From: an uncultured Gemmatimonadales bacterium
GTDB taxonomy: Bacteria; Gemmatimonadota; Gemmatimonadetes; Longimicrobiales; Gaopeijiaceae
NCBI GenBank assembly: GCA_963809895.1
Contig: CAWELD010000010.1
Location: 736,001 to 800,000 of the forward strand
Length of the DNA: 64,000 bases
Reading direction: 5' to 3'
Positions within the stretch are counted from its first letter, which is position 1; the number at the start of each line of letters is the position of its first letter. Under the pieces are notes generated by a model. It searched no databases. It worked only from the letters and a program-made list of their open reading frames with translations, and had not been told where the DNA came from. Shown in pieces: positions 36,149-46,599 of this stretch. A program made the translations under genes and the position numbers.

Positions 36149-37162
36149 TCAGGTCGTGGGCGCGCAGCGGAACGTGTCGAGGATGGTCTCGAGCTGGATC
36201 ATGTACTGGTACTTCTCCTTGCCCGGTGCGTAGAGCCACGCGTCCAGGTAGTACATGCGATCCTGCTCCGGGCATTTGATCACCCGCAGGATGAAGGGGC
36301 CCGCCGCCGGCCACGGTGAGTCGGGCGGGTTCTGCCAGACCGCCTGGATCTGGTACCCCTCGTGTCCCTGGAACTCCATGGGACCCGCCTGCGCGTTGCT
36401 CAGGTCCACGACCTGGGGATAGGCGTAGTAGGCGTCGACGATGTCGTTGCGCCACGCCAGGATGTCTTCGGCCTCGAGGCTCTCCGGGCTCGGGCTCATC
36501 CAGGTGACGGCGACCTCCCGGATGAGCTCCGAGGGATCGGGATTGTCGTTGCGGAAGATGTAGACCGAGTCCTGCTGATCCCAGTAGTAGACGTTGGGCA
36601 GCAGCACCTCGAAGCCGGCATCACGCCCGAGCGTGTCGGCGAGGGCCGAGTCCACGCCCGACACGTACATGCGCGCCAGAGCGAGCTGCCGATACTGCCG
36701 ATCATAGAGCTTTCGCAGCTCGGGGAGCTGGGTGTAGACCGCCTGGGGCTCGTCGAGGTTCTCGGGGGTCAGCAGGATCGTCACCTGCTGATCCCGTGCC
36801 CAGACGTCGTGCACCTGCACGATGGTCGGAGCCTGGATGTCGTCCTCTTTGCTCCGGTCCAGTGCCTCCGCGATGTAGGGCGCCGAGGCCGGTCCGATCA
36901 GGAGCATCTGCCGGAACTGGCGCAGGCTTCCCCAGTTCTCGTCTGCCGGGTCCACGTAGGTCACCGTGAACGTCTTCTCGTTCCGGACCGTCCAGATGGT
37001 GGGCTCCAGGGCCGTGTAGACCGAGTCCTGAACGTCGTCCCAGAGCGTGGGCGCGGCCACCGTGAGGATGCTGGTCGCGTCGCCGTAGGCGCCCTGCTTG
37101 TCGCAGGCTCCCACCGCCAGCGTGAGGAGGAGGAGGGCGAAGGGTAGCAGCCGCGTGCGCAT
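36149..37162 (-). CDS. DUF4837-family lipoprotein
   Basis: Lipobox VGAC; DVWARDQ; GPF...LDAWLYAPGKEKYQYMIQLETI. Confidence 0.82.
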   Translation of the reverse strand: MRTRLLPFALLLLTLAVGACDKQGAYGDATSILTVAAPTLWDDVQDSVYTALEPTIWTVRNEKTFTVTYVDPADENWGSLRQFRQMLLIGPASAPYIAEALDRSKEDDIQAPTIVQVHDVWARDQQVTILLTPENLDEPQAVYTQLPELRKLYDRQYRQLALARMYVSGVDSALADTLGRDAGFEVLLPNVYYWDQQDSVYIFRNDNPDPSELIREVAVTWMSPSPESLEAEDILAWRNDIVDAYYAYPQVVDLSNAQAGPMEFQGHEGYQIQAVWQNPPDSPWPAAGPFILRVIKCPEQDRMYYLDAWLYAPGKEKYQYMIQLETILDTFRCAPTT

Positions 37163-37205
37163 GGGTCGGTCCTTTCGAGCGGTGAGCCGGTGCAGCCGTA
37201 GGGTC

Positions 37206-39266
37206 TTACGCCGGCTCCGGACCCAGGTTTCTCTCGAGAAGGGCCGCGGGGTCTGGGGCGCGGCCCATGAACTCCTGGAACAACGCCTCGGGATCTGCGC
37301 TGTCGCCTCGCGACAGGATCGCGTCCACCAGCGCCTGCCCCGTCTCTCGATCGAAGATGCCGGCTTCGAGGAAGCGTGTGAAGGCGTCGGCCTCCAGCAC
37401 CTCCGACCACAGGTAGCTGTAGTAGCCTGCCGCGTAGCCGCCACTGAAGAGGTGGCTGAACGACGTCAGGTTGTGGTAGTCCGCGAATTCGGGGGTCGGG
37501 CTGAAGGCCAGGAACCGCTCTCGGGCGAACGCCATGAGGTCGTCCGCGTCAGCCTTCCCGGCCCGGGGTGCGAAGTCCGTGTGCAGGGACAGGTCGACGG
37601 TCCCGAAGCTCAGTTGCCTCATCTGGGCCCAGCCGCCCTGGAAGCGGCGCGCGCGGCGCATGCGCTCGAAGATCTCGTCCGGGAGGAGCTCGCCGGTCTC
37701 GTGGTGGCGGGCGAAGAGGTCGAGGGCCTTGCGTTCCCAGGTCCAGTTCTCCATGAGCTGGCTGGGAACCTCCACCCAGTCCCACGCCACGTTGAGCCCG
37801 CTGCGTGCGCGGATGGGCACCCGGGACAGCGTGTGATGCAGCAGGTGGCCGAACTCGTGGAAGAGGGTCTGCACCTCTCGATGGGTGAGCAGGGCGGGGC
37901 CGTCGCCGTCCGGCGGTGTGAAGTTTCCGCAGATCACGCCCAGGTGCGGATCGAATCCCCCCTCCTCGGTGGGGCCGCCGACGAGGAGGTCGTTCATCCA
38001 CGCGCCCTGGCGCTTCTCCTTGCGCGGAAACCAGTCCGTGTAGAAGGACCCCAGCCAGGTGCCCTCCTGGTCGCGCACCTCGTAGTACTCCACGTCGGGG
38101 TGCCACACTTCGTCGATGTCCCGCCGCGTGACGGTCAGGCCGAAGACGCGGCCGACGAGCCGGAAGAGGCCGTCCTGGACCTGATCCAGCGGGAAGTACG
38201 GACGGAGCGCTTCATCGTCCAGGTCGTACTCGGAGCGGCGCAGGTCCTCGGAGACGAAGGCGATGTCCCACGGGTGCAGCTGGTCCAACCCCAGCTCGGC
38301 GGCGTGGGCGCGGAGCTCGGCGGTGTCGCGTCTCCAGTAGGGTCGCGTGCGCTCGGTCATCTCCGTCTCGAACCCGATGGCTCTGGCCCCGGTCCGCGCC
38401 ATGCGGTCTTCCAGGACGTAATCCGGGAACCCGCCGTACCCCAGGATCTCCGCGAGCTCTTCACGCAGGCTCAGGATCTCCAGGATGAGCGCCCGGTTGT
38501 CGTGGGCGCCGTCACGGCAGCGCGTCGTGTAGGCCGCATGGACCTCGCGCCGGAGCGCGCGGTCCCGGGCGTACTTGAGGACAGGCTCCACGGCGGGGTA
38601 GTCCAGGGTCAGGAGCCACCCCGAGTGGCCGGCCGCCTCGGCGGCGGCGCGGTAGCGGTTCCGCGCGCCGGCAGGCACGCCCTCGAGGCGGGACTCGTCC
38701 TTCACCAGCCGCTCCCAGCCGGCCGTGGCGTCCAGGACGTTCTCGCCGAAGCGCTGCTCGAGTTGGGAAAGCCGTACCCGGACCTCTTCCAGGCGCTTCT
38801 TGCGGTCCGGCGGAAGGTCTGCCCCCGCTCGCCGGAATTCCCGGAGCGTCTTGTCCAGGTGGCGGGCGTAGAGCCCGGTGAGACCCTCGGCCTCGGAGGT
38901 CTCCGCGTAGGCCTTGATGCGCGCCCACAGGCCCTCGTGCAGGCCCAGACGGGTCCAGAACTGGGAGATTTCCGGGAGCACCGCGTTGTAGGCCTGGCGG
39001 AGGGCCGGCGTCTCCGCCACGGCCAGGAGATGGCCCACCGGCTTGAGGCGCTCCTCCACCCAGCGGCTGAGCTCGTCCAGCGGCGTGATCACGGTGTCCC
39101 AGGTTGGCGCGTCCGTGCGGCCGGCGAGGGACTCCAGGCGGGTGCGACCCTCCTGGAGAACCTGGCGCGCGCCCTCTTCCACGTGCTCGCCACGGATGGC
39201 CTCGAAGGGAATACGGTAGGCTTCGGAGAGGATGGGATTCATCGGGTTTCTTGTATGGATGCTCAT
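37206..39266 (-). CDS. prlC: M3-family oligopeptidase A
   Basis: KRQGAWM, TLFHEFGHLLH (HExxH), WDWVEVPSQLMENW, GYAAGYYSYLWSE. Confidence 0.93.
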   Translation of the reverse strand: MSIHTRNPMNPILSEAYRIPFEAIRGEHVEEGARQVLQEGRTRLESLAGRTDAPTWDTVITPLDELSRWVEERLKPVGHLLAVAETPALRQAYNAVLPEISQFWTRLGLHEGLWARIKAYAETSEAEGLTGLYARHLDKTLREFRRAGADLPPDRKKRLEEVRVRLSQLEQRFGENVLDATAGWERLVKDESRLEGVPAGARNRYRAAAEAAGHSGWLLTLDYPAVEPVLKYARDRALRREVHAAYTTRCRDGAHDNRALILEILSLREELAEILGYGGFPDYVLEDRMARTGARAIGFETEMTERTRPYWRRDTAELRAHAAELGLDQLHPWDIAFVSEDLRRSEYDLDDEALRPYFPLDQVQDGLFRLVGRVFGLTVTRRDIDEVWHPDVEYYEVRDQEGTWLGSFYTDWFPRKEKRQGAWMNDLLVGGPTEEGGFDPHLGVICGNFTPPDGDGPALLTHREVQTLFHEFGHLLHHTLSRVPIRARSGLNVAWDWVEVPSQLMENWTWERKALDLFARHHETGELLPDEIFERMRRARRFQGGWAQMRQLSFGTVDLSLHTDFAPRAGKADADDLMAFARERFLAFSPTPEFADYHNLTSFSHLFSGGYAAGYYSYLWSEVLEADAFTRFLEAGIFDRETGQALVDAILSRGDSADPEALFQEFMGRAPDPAALLERNLGPEPA

Positions 39267-40219
39267 GGGCCGGCGGACCCATCCGAGGGGGGTTCCGCAA
39301 GATGGCCGCCAAGCGCCGGTCGGGCCAGGACCGTGCCCGCTCGAAGGTCGCGTCCCGAGGTGGGCGCGGGCGTGAGGTCGAACTCCCGGCCGAGCAGGAG
39401 GACCACGGTGGATCCCAGATGGAACGCCATGAAATCGCTTCCTACCCGCACGGAAATCGCCGGCTGGTAGCGCCGTTCGGTCGGCGGCGGCGACCTGCGG
39501 TTCGTGATGGCCGCGTCGCCGGTGGCGCCGCCCCAGGCCGGATCGAACGCCGCGGAGATGCGACCGACGTTGTAGGCGCCCACGGCCACCAGCGCCACGG
39601 GCCCCGTCGGTGTCTCGAGGCGCGCCACCAGCCGCTCGTTGCGCACGAACAGGTCCGGGATGTGGCTCACCGCCGGGACATTGACCGGCAGGAGGCCCCC
39701 GGGCACGTAACGGGCGGAGACGACGCGGCCGGTCACCGGTGCGTGGATGCGGTGGTAGTGACGGGGGGAGAGGTAGAGGGTGACGAAGCTGCCGTCCCGG
39801 AACGTGGCGGCGTCGGAGGCGTCTCCCAGAAGCGCTCCGGCGGTGTACAGGCGTCCCTTGGCCTGCACCAGGGTGGTGCCGTCGATCGGTCCACGGGCTC
39901 CGACGATGCCGTCCACCGGTGAGGCCACGACGTGGTCGTCTGTCGGCCAGGTCCGTGCTCCGGGCGCCAGGCGGCGCACGAAGAAGGCGTTGACCGAGCG
40001 GTACTCCACCAGGGGCTTCTCCGCCTCCTCGACGTCGATCCCCGTGAGGCGGGCGAAGAGACCCAGCACGGGACGGCGGACGAGGCGGGGAAGGGGAATA
40101 TCGGCCAGCGCCCCGGCGCCCCGGCTCAACAGGCCCTGGGGGAGTCGGGCGAGGACGGCGAGGAGCAGGCGCCAGGTAGCGCCCGGCGTTGCCGGCTCGG
40201 GGTCGGCGGATGAAGCCAT
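39263..40219 (-). CDS. psd: Phosphatidylserine decarboxylase proenzyme
   Basis: FFVRRL, SPVDG, YLSPRHYHRIHAP, RNER, FHLGST autocleavage site. Confidence 0.94.
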   Translation of the reverse strand: MASSADPEPATPGATWRLLLAVLARLPQGLLSRGAGALADIPLPRLVRRPVLGLFARLTGIDVEEAEKPLVEYRSVNAFFVRRLAPGARTWPTDDHVVASPVDGIVGARGPIDGTTLVQAKGRLYTAGALLGDASDAATFRDGSFVTLYLSPRHYHRIHAPVTGRVVSARYVPGGLLPVNVPAVSHIPDLFVRNERLVARLETPTGPVALVAVGAYNVGRISAAFDPAWGGATGDAAITNRRSPPPTERRYQPAISVRVGSDFMAFHLGSTVVLLLGREFDLTPAPTSGRDLRAGTVLARPALGGHLAEPPSDGSAGP

Positions 40220-40284
40220 GCCGGAGTCTACCGGCGGCTCACCCGGCCTTCAACACCCTCGTCGGCTCGGCGTGCGACCGGGGG

Positions 40285-42916
40285 CTACTCGGCCTTGAGC
40301 GCTTGTTGAGGATCGACCCGGGTCGCGCGCAGGGCAGGCAGCCATGTGGATGCCAGGGCAATGGCGGCGAGCAGGGCGGCCACGACGGCGTAGGTGGCCA
40401 CGTCGTTGGAGCGCCACGCCGAAGAGGAGCGCATCCAGGGTCCGGGTCGCGGCCAGGGCCACCACGATGCCTACCACGAGGCCCACCGCCAGCAGTCGCA
40501 TGCCCTGGCGGATGACCATCCAGCGGAGTCGGGCCACGGGCGCGCCCACGGCCACCCGGATGGCCAACTCACGGGTGCGGCGCGCCACGGTGAAGGCTAG
40601 CACGCCGTAGAGGCCCAGGGCGCTCAGGAGCAGCGCGAGTCCGCTGAAGACCCCCAGCAGGAGGGTTCCGAAGCGCCCCTGCGCCGTGGCGGCCGTCAGC
40701 CCCCGGTCCAGGGGGCCCGCGTTGAAGACCGCGAGGTCCGGATCTACCTGCGCCACCGCCTCACGCGCCGGTCGCTCCAGGGCTGCCGGATCGCCATTCG
40801 TGCGCGCCACGAAGGTCACGCCCGAGGTGGAGACCTGGTTCCAGGGCAGAAACACGTCGGGATCCGACGCTCCACCGACCAGATCCGTGGTGAGGTCCCG
40901 GTAGCGCACGTCGGCGGCGACCCCGACGATGCGCACGGGCTCGCCGTCGGGCCCGCCCCAGCGGAGGTTCTCACCCACCGGGTTCCGGCCGGCGTAGTGC
41001 CGCTCCGCCATGGCCCTGCTGATGATCGCCACCGGTGTCTCGTCGGCCGGCGACAGGGCCCTGCCAGACAGGATGTCGATGCCCATGGTCTCGAAATACC
41101 CGGGCATGACGTGATGTCGGTAGAAGCGGATGCGGTCCTCGGCGGTGGAGCCTTCGGTCCAGATGTACGAGGCGCTGTATCCGGTGATCAGGGGGGCGTC
41201 GTTGGCCAGCGACACCGAGGTCACGCCGGGCTGAGCGCGCAGGCGGTCGAGGATATCGCGGGCCGCCGCCTCGCGTGCGTCCGCGTCGTACCGTTCGCCG
41301 GGGAACTGCAGGCTGAAGGCGTAGATCCGGTCCGCGTCGAAGCCGGGCCGGACGTCGAGCTGGGCGAGAAAGCTCCGCGTCATCAGTCCGGCGCCCACCA
41401 GCAGGAGGAAGGCCAGCGCCACCTCACCCACCACGAGGCCCTGTTGCAGCGACCAGTTGGAGCGTGCGCCGGGTCGCGCCTCGCGAAGGCCCGAGCCCAC
41501 GTCCTGCCTGCCTGCCGACAGGGCGGGAGCCAACCCGCTCGCGAATCCCACCACGGCCAACAGGACGGCCGTGAACAGGAGGACGCGCGGATCCGGCCGG
41601 ATCTCCACGTAGGCGGGCAGCAGCGATGCGGGCATGGCGGCGGCCAGCGCCGAGGCGCCCCATGTCCCCAGGGCGAATCCAGCCGCCGTGCCCAGGCCTG
41701 CCAGCACCAGACTCTCGGTCACCAGCTGCCCCATGATCCGCTGTCGTCCGGCGCCCAGCGCCGTCCGCACCAACATCTCCGACTGCCGGCCCGAGGCCCT
41801 CACCAGGAGAAGGTTGGTGACGTTGGCCGCGGCGATGATCAGCAGGAGGCCCGTGGCGGACAGGATCACCAGCATGAGCGTGCGCGTGCTGCCCAGGTAC
41901 ACGTCGCGGAGCGGCGTGACCAGGCCGACGCGGTCCTCGTGGGTGTCGGGGAACTCGCTCTGCAGACCGGCGGCGACCTGATCCACGTCGGCCTGGGCTT
42001 CCTGAGCCGTGACACCGGGCCGCAGGCGAGCCACGACACCCAGATATCGGGTGCCGCGGTCGAGGTCCGAGCCCGAGGCCTCCAGGGGAACCCAGAGGTC
42101 CGCGCTCAACGACGCGCCCGGAAAGTCGCCGGGCATGACGCCCACCACCGTGAAGCTGCGGCCGTTCAGGGTCAGGCTCCGGCCCAGGATCGCCGGGTCG
42201 CGTCCGAAGCGCCGGGTCCAGAGGTCCTCACCCAGAATGGTCACGTTCTGGCCGGCGGGAAGCGTGTGTTCCGCGGGAGCGAAGGTGCGCCCCAGCAGCG
42301 GCTCCGCCTCCATGATGTCGAAATAGTCCGCTCCCACACCCTCGGCCGTGAGCCGCTCGGCCTGATCCACCCCCGTGAGCGTCACCGAGGGATTGGAGAA
42401 GGGGGAGGCCGCCGTGAAGCTGTGCGAGCGTTCCGCCCAGTCGTTGGCTTCCGGATACGAGGCTCCCCGGACTTGCGGTCCCTCGGGTGCGTCGTACGCG
42501 CCCTGCAGGAACACCAGCCGATCCGCATCCTTGAACGGAAGCGCCCGGATGAGCGAAGCGTTGACCACAGTGAAGATCGCCGTGGTCGCGCCGATCCCCA
42601 GTCCCAGGGTGAGCACGATGACCGCGGTAAGGCCCGGGTGCCGCAGCGCCCCACGGAGCGCGAATCGAAGGTCCTGCATCCATCCCTCCATCCTCCACCT
42701 CCTCCCCTGTGCCGAGCTCCGGCGACGGGCGTGCTCCACCTGCTCGGTGATGCGCTCCACGTCTCCGAAGGCTTCTTCGGCCGCCGTTCTCGCCTCGCCC
42801 GGGCTCATTCCCTGGGCTTCGAATTCCCTGGTCCGCTCCTCCAGGTAGTGCTCGATCTCGTCGTGTACGCCCCGCCGAGCCTGATCCTCGAGCGGATGGT
42901 CCGGCCTTCGCGTCAT
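40285..42916 (-). CDS. Second ADOP-type duplicated permease; +1 frameshift near 40410 in the last TM region
   Basis: QDLRFALR, AAANVTNLL, RELAIRVAVGA. The canonical C-terminus NDVATYAVVAALL...WLPALRATRVDPQQALKAE* is in an adjacent frame ending at 40285. Confidence 0.88.
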
Positions 42917-43260
42917 CCGCCGGCCTCCTGCCCGCGGGCTTCCGTGAGCACCGAATCCACGGCCCGGGAATAGTCACTCCAGCGGGCCTCTTCGACGCTC
43001 AGGTGCGCGCGTCCCTCGTCGGTGAGCGCGTAGGTCTTCGCCCTGCGCCCGGTGTCCGTCCGCCCCCAGCTGGAGGTGAGCAGGCCCCGGCCCTCCAGGC
43101 GATGCAGCGCCGGATAGAGCGCGCCCTCCTCCACGTCCAACACGCCGGAGCTCGTTTCGCGGATCCAGCGGCCGATGGCGTAGCCGTGCAGAGGCCCGCC
43201 CGCGACGGTGCGCAGGATCAGAAGCTCCAGGGTGCCTGTGAAGAGGTCGCTTCCGGACAT
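42913..43260 (-). CDS. PadR-family transcriptional regulator
   Basis: GTLELLIL, HGYAI, EEGALYPALHRLE, GRRAKTYALT. Confidence 0.94.
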   Translation of the reverse strand: MSGSDLFTGTLELLILRTVAGGPLHGYAIGRWIRETSSGVLDVEEGALYPALHRLEGRGLLTSSWGRTDTGRRAKTYALTDEGRAHLSVEEARWSDYSRAVDSVLTEARGQEAGG

Positions 43261-43364
43261 GGTGTCGCTCGGCCTGGAGGGGGACTTCGGACGGCGCCGA
43301 GATTCCTCGAGGCCGCAGAACCCCTTGTTGAGTCAGGTATGCTGACCCAACCCTAAGTGGACGA

Positions 43365-43383
43365 CCCCTGACTGGTCAAGGGG
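43365..43383. promoter_or_regulatory. Candidate PadR operator palindrome
   Basis: CCCCT-GACTGGTCA-AGGGG; related copies at 43321-43339 and 20736-20754. Confidence 0.5.
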
Positions 43384-43738
43384 TATCTCGTTCCGGTCCT
43401 TCCCATCCGAAGCGGTCCAGATCGATGCGCCCTCCCTCGGAGAAGACGATGCCTTCGCGCTCCAGCAGGGTGCGCTGAAGCACCCGGCGCCCCAGGACCG
43501 CGGGGATCGACAGGCGCCCGCTCCGGTTCACCACCCGCCACCACGGCACATCGTCGTCTTCGGGACCCAGGGCGTTGAGCGCCGCGCCCACGCCGCGGGC
43601 GGCTCTGGGCGATCCGGCGACCGCGGCCACGTCGCCGTACGAAGTGACGCGCCCGGCCGGGACCTGGCGGACCACATGGTAGACCCGTTGCCGAAAGTGG
43701 GGTGGGCGTGCGGAGCGAGGGTCCCGAGAAGGGTTCAT
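43376..43738 (-). CDS. Alkyltransferase-like (ATL/YbaZ, MGMT family) protein
   Basis: VPAGRVTSYGDVA, ARGVG, PWWRV (Trp in place of the catalytic Cys). Confidence 0.9.
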   Translation of the reverse strand: MNPSRDPRSARPPHFRQRVYHVVRQVPAGRVTSYGDVAAVAGSPRAARGVGAALNALGPEDDDVPWWRVVNRSGRLSIPAVLGRRVLQRTLLEREGIVFSEGGRIDLDRFGWEGPERDTP

Positions 43739-43856
43739 GACTCGTTTGAGGGGGTCCGTGCCCGGTGGTATCTTGTGAGCCCGCCCGATCGGAGGGCGGA
43801 GGCTGCAGGCATGGTAGCGACCCGCGCACTCCCCATCCACCCGGACGAGATCCAGG

Positions 43857-45191
43857 ATGACCGACGCCCCGCGCGCACCGAGCCGTATGCCTGGCCTCGC
43901 CGTTCGGACCACCAACCTGATCCTGACGCTCCTCCTGGTGTCGGGCATCACGGCCGTGGCCCAGTGGGCGAGCCCACCCGGCTTCGAGGGTGGCCGCCTC
44001 ACCGTGCTCACCGGATTCGTGCTGCTGGCCGCCACCGTGGCCGGCGGGCTGGCGTCGGCCGTCGGGCTGCCGCGCCTCACGGGCTTCCTGGTGGTGGGAA
44101 TCCTGGCAGGACCGTCGGTGTTGGGCCTGCTGCCCTCGGACGCCGTGGCGGACCTGCGCCTCATCGACGAGTTCGCCCTGGCCCTGATCGCCCTCCTGGC
44201 GGGCGGTGAGCTCAAGCTGGGCCAGCTCCGACCCCAGGCCCGGGCCATCGCCCTCACCACGCTGACGGTGACCGTCGTGGTCTGGGTGGCCATGGCCGGC
44301 GCCGTGTTGGGCGTGCGGCCCTTGCTGCCGTTCCTCACCGAGCAACCGTTCCAGGTGGCCGTGGGCGTGGCGCTCCTGCTGGGTGTGTGGGCCGCCAACT
44401 CGTCACCGGACCTGACGGTGGCGGTCATCGAGGAGACGGGTGCCAAGGGTCCCCTCACCGACGTCATCCTCGGCATCACCATCGTGAAGGACGTCCTGGT
44501 CATCATTCTCTTCACGCTGACCCTGGGGCTGGTGGGCCCCCTCATCGATCCATCGCAGAGCTTCAGCGCCCACATCCTGGTGGATCTGGCGCGCGAGGTG
44601 GGTGGAGCCTTCGTGGCAGGGGGGATTCTGGGGTGGGTGTTCTCCCTCTACCTCGGCGGCGAGGAGGCCAAGCCCCGCCCCCCCATCGCCACCTTCCTGT
44701 TCGCGTGGGTCCTGGTGGTGCTGGCCGACCGGTTGCACGTGGAGCTGCTACTGACCGGGGTGGCGGCGGGCTTCGTCATCGAGAACCTGTCACCGGGTGG
44801 CGACCGCATGATCCGGGGCATCGAATCGGTCTCGGTGGTGATCTTCGCCTTCTTCTTCGCCATCGCCGGTGCGAGCCTGAATCTGGGCGCCATCGGCCGC
44901 TTCTGGCACGCCGCGCTGATCCTGTTCATGGTGCGCCTGGCCTTCACCTGGGTGGGAGCGCGCTGGGGAACCCGGCTGGCCGGAGCCGACGCCGCCATCC
45001 AGGCGCGCACCTGGCGAGGCCTCATCTCGCAGGGCGGGGTGACGCTGGGGCTGGTGCTTCTCATCGAGCGGAGCTTCCCGGCCGTGGGGGGCGGGGTGGT
45101 GGCGCTGGGCATGGCGGTGATCATCGGCAACATCCTGGGAGGACCGGTGTTGCTCAAGGCGGCGCTCTCGGGCTCCACGAGCGACGAGTAG
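43857..45191 (+). CDS. Cation:proton antiporter (CPA family)
   Basis: GLPRLTGFLVVGILAGP, GGEL, SSP, IVKD; more than 10 TM segments. Confidence 0.85.
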   Translation: MTDAPRAPSRMPGLAVRTTNLILTLLLVSGITAVAQWASPPGFEGGRLTVLTGFVLLAATVAGGLASAVGLPRLTGFLVVGILAGPSVLGLLPSDAVADLRLIDEFALALIALLAGGELKLGQLRPQARAIALTTLTVTVVVWVAMAGAVLGVRPLLPFLTEQPFQVAVGVALLLGVWAANSSPDLTVAVIEETGAKGPLTDVILGITIVKDVLVIILFTLTLGLVGPLIDPSQSFSAHILVDLAREVGGAFVAGGILGWVFSLYLGGEEAKPRPPIATFLFAWVLVVLADRLHVELLLTGVAAGFVIENLSPGGDRMIRGIESVSVVIFAFFFAIAGASLNLGAIGRFWHAALILFMVRLAFTWVGARWGTRLAGADAAIQARTWRGLISQGGVTLGLVLLIERSFPAVGGGVVALGMAVIIGNILGGPVLLKAALSGSTSDE

Positions 45192-45197
45192 ATCTTC

Positions 45198-46181
45198 ATG
45201 CCAGCCCACAAGCACACGCACCGGGGCGTGCACGCCCACGGGCACGATACCTCTCCCGCGGTCGACGCCTCCGCGCCGCGGGTATCACGGGGCAACGAGA
45301 GCAGCCGACTCCGTTGGGTGCTGATCATCACGGCCGCGTTCATGTTGGCCGAGGTGGTGGGCGGGATCGTCGCCGACTCGCTGGCACTACTCGCCGACGC
45401 CGGCCACATGTTCACCGACGTGGCCGCCCTGGGGCTGTCGCTGCTGGCCATGCGCTGGGCGCAGCGGCCGCCGAGCCCGGACAAGACCTACGGCTACGTG
45501 CGCGTCGAGATCATCGCGGCCCTGATCAACGGGGCGACGCTGCTGGTCATCGCCGGCATGATCATCCACGAGGCGGTGAATCGTCTGCGAGACCCCGTGA
45601 CCGTGGATGGTCCGATCCTCCTGGCCGTCGCCGGTGGCGGCCTGGTGGTGAACGTGGCCGGCCTCCTGCTTCTGCACGGCCACGCCCACGACAACCTCAA
45701 CGTGCGGGGCGCCTATCTGCACGTGTTGGGAGACCTGCTGGGCTCGGTGGGCGCACTCGCAGCCGGTGCCGTCATCGTGTTCGCCGGTTGGAGCCCGGCC
45801 GACCCCATTGCATCGCTGGTGATCGCAGTGCTGATCCTGGTCAGCGCCGGGAAGCTGGTACGCGACGCCACCGACGTGCTTCTGGAGGCGGCGCCGGCGC
45901 ACGTCGACGTGGAAGGAGTGCTCGCTGATCTGGCCTCGATCCGTGGTCTGGAGAACGTTCACGACCTGCACGTCTGGACCCTGACCAGCGGCTTCGTCGC
46001 CCTGTCCGCCCACGGCGTGCTGGAGGATCCCCGGGAGCACTCGCGCGTCCTGGACGAGGTGCAGGAACGGGCCCGAAACCACGGTATCCAGCACGTCACG
46101 TTCCAGATCGAGCCGCGCCCGCTCTACAGCATCGAGGGCGGCGGCGGGCCGGCCCGTGCCAGCGAGCCGAAATTGTCTTGA
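45198..46181 (+). CDS. czcD: CDF-family Zn/Co/Cd exporter (CzcD/ZitB)
   Basis: His-rich N-terminus, LLADAGHMFTD, NLNVRGAYLHVLGDLLGS, HDLHVW. Confidence 0.92.
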   Translation: MPAHKHTHRGVHAHGHDTSPAVDASAPRVSRGNESSRLRWVLIITAAFMLAEVVGGIVADSLALLADAGHMFTDVAALGLSLLAMRWAQRPPSPDKTYGYVRVEIIAALINGATLLVIAGMIIHEAVNRLRDPVTVDGPILLAVAGGGLVVNVAGLLLLHGHAHDNLNVRGAYLHVLGDLLGSVGALAAGAVIVFAGWSPADPIASLVIAVLILVSAGKLVRDATDVLLEAAPAHVDVEGVLADLASIRGLENVHDLHVWTLTSGFVALSAHGVLEDPREHSRVLDEVQERARNHGIQHVTFQIEPRPLYSIEGGGGPARASEPKLS

Positions 46182-46205
46182 CAGCAAGGGGCCCCTGTGT
46201 ACTTT
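46178..46205 (+). promoter_or_regulatory. Candidate sigma70 promoter for the acidic microprotein
   Basis: TTGACA-16nt-TACTTT. Confidence 0.55.
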
Positions 46206-46272
46206 GGCGCAACAACCACCCGGGCGCGCCGCGTGGAGTGCGTCGGGTTCCTTCCCGAGGAGGAGATTCGGA

Positions 46273-46524
46273 ATGATGGACCGGTCGATCTGGGCCGAGG
46301 AGGACGTCGTCGGCGGGCTCGAGATCCTGGACTCCGACGAGGACGAGGACTGGGATGACGACGATTGGGAAGACGACGACGAGGACGATGAGGATTGGGA
46401 CGAGGACGACGAGGATTGGGAGGACGACGACGACGACGAGGATGGCGAAGACTGGGACGAGGACTGGGACGACGACGAGGACTCGATGCACGGCAAGCGC
46501 CACCACCGACCGAACTGGGAATAG
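46273..46524 (+). CDS. 83-aa extremely acidic D/E/W low-complexity protein
   Basis: GAGGAGGAG RBS, upstream promoter, downstream hairpin; 49-residue tract of D/E with six W and one G. Confidence 0.75.
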   Translation: MMDRSIWAEEDVVGGLEILDSDEDEDWDDDDWEDDDEDDEDWDEDDEDWEDDDDDEDGEDWDEDWDDDEDSMHGKRHHRPNWE

Positions 46525-46560
46525 CAGCCCGCTCGCTTGATTCCCTCCCGCACCACCTTT

Positions 46561-46599
46561 GCCGCCCCGCTCCCTCGAGGACCGGGGCGGCTCTCGTTT
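46561..46599 (+). terminator. Probable terminator
   Basis: GCCGCCCCG...CGGGGCGGC followed by TCTCGTTT. Confidence 0.55.

Noticed and set aside
43376..43738. MGMT inactivated by loss of the catalytic Cys
   Set aside because: PWWRV is the normal signature of alkyltransferase-like proteins, not a defect.
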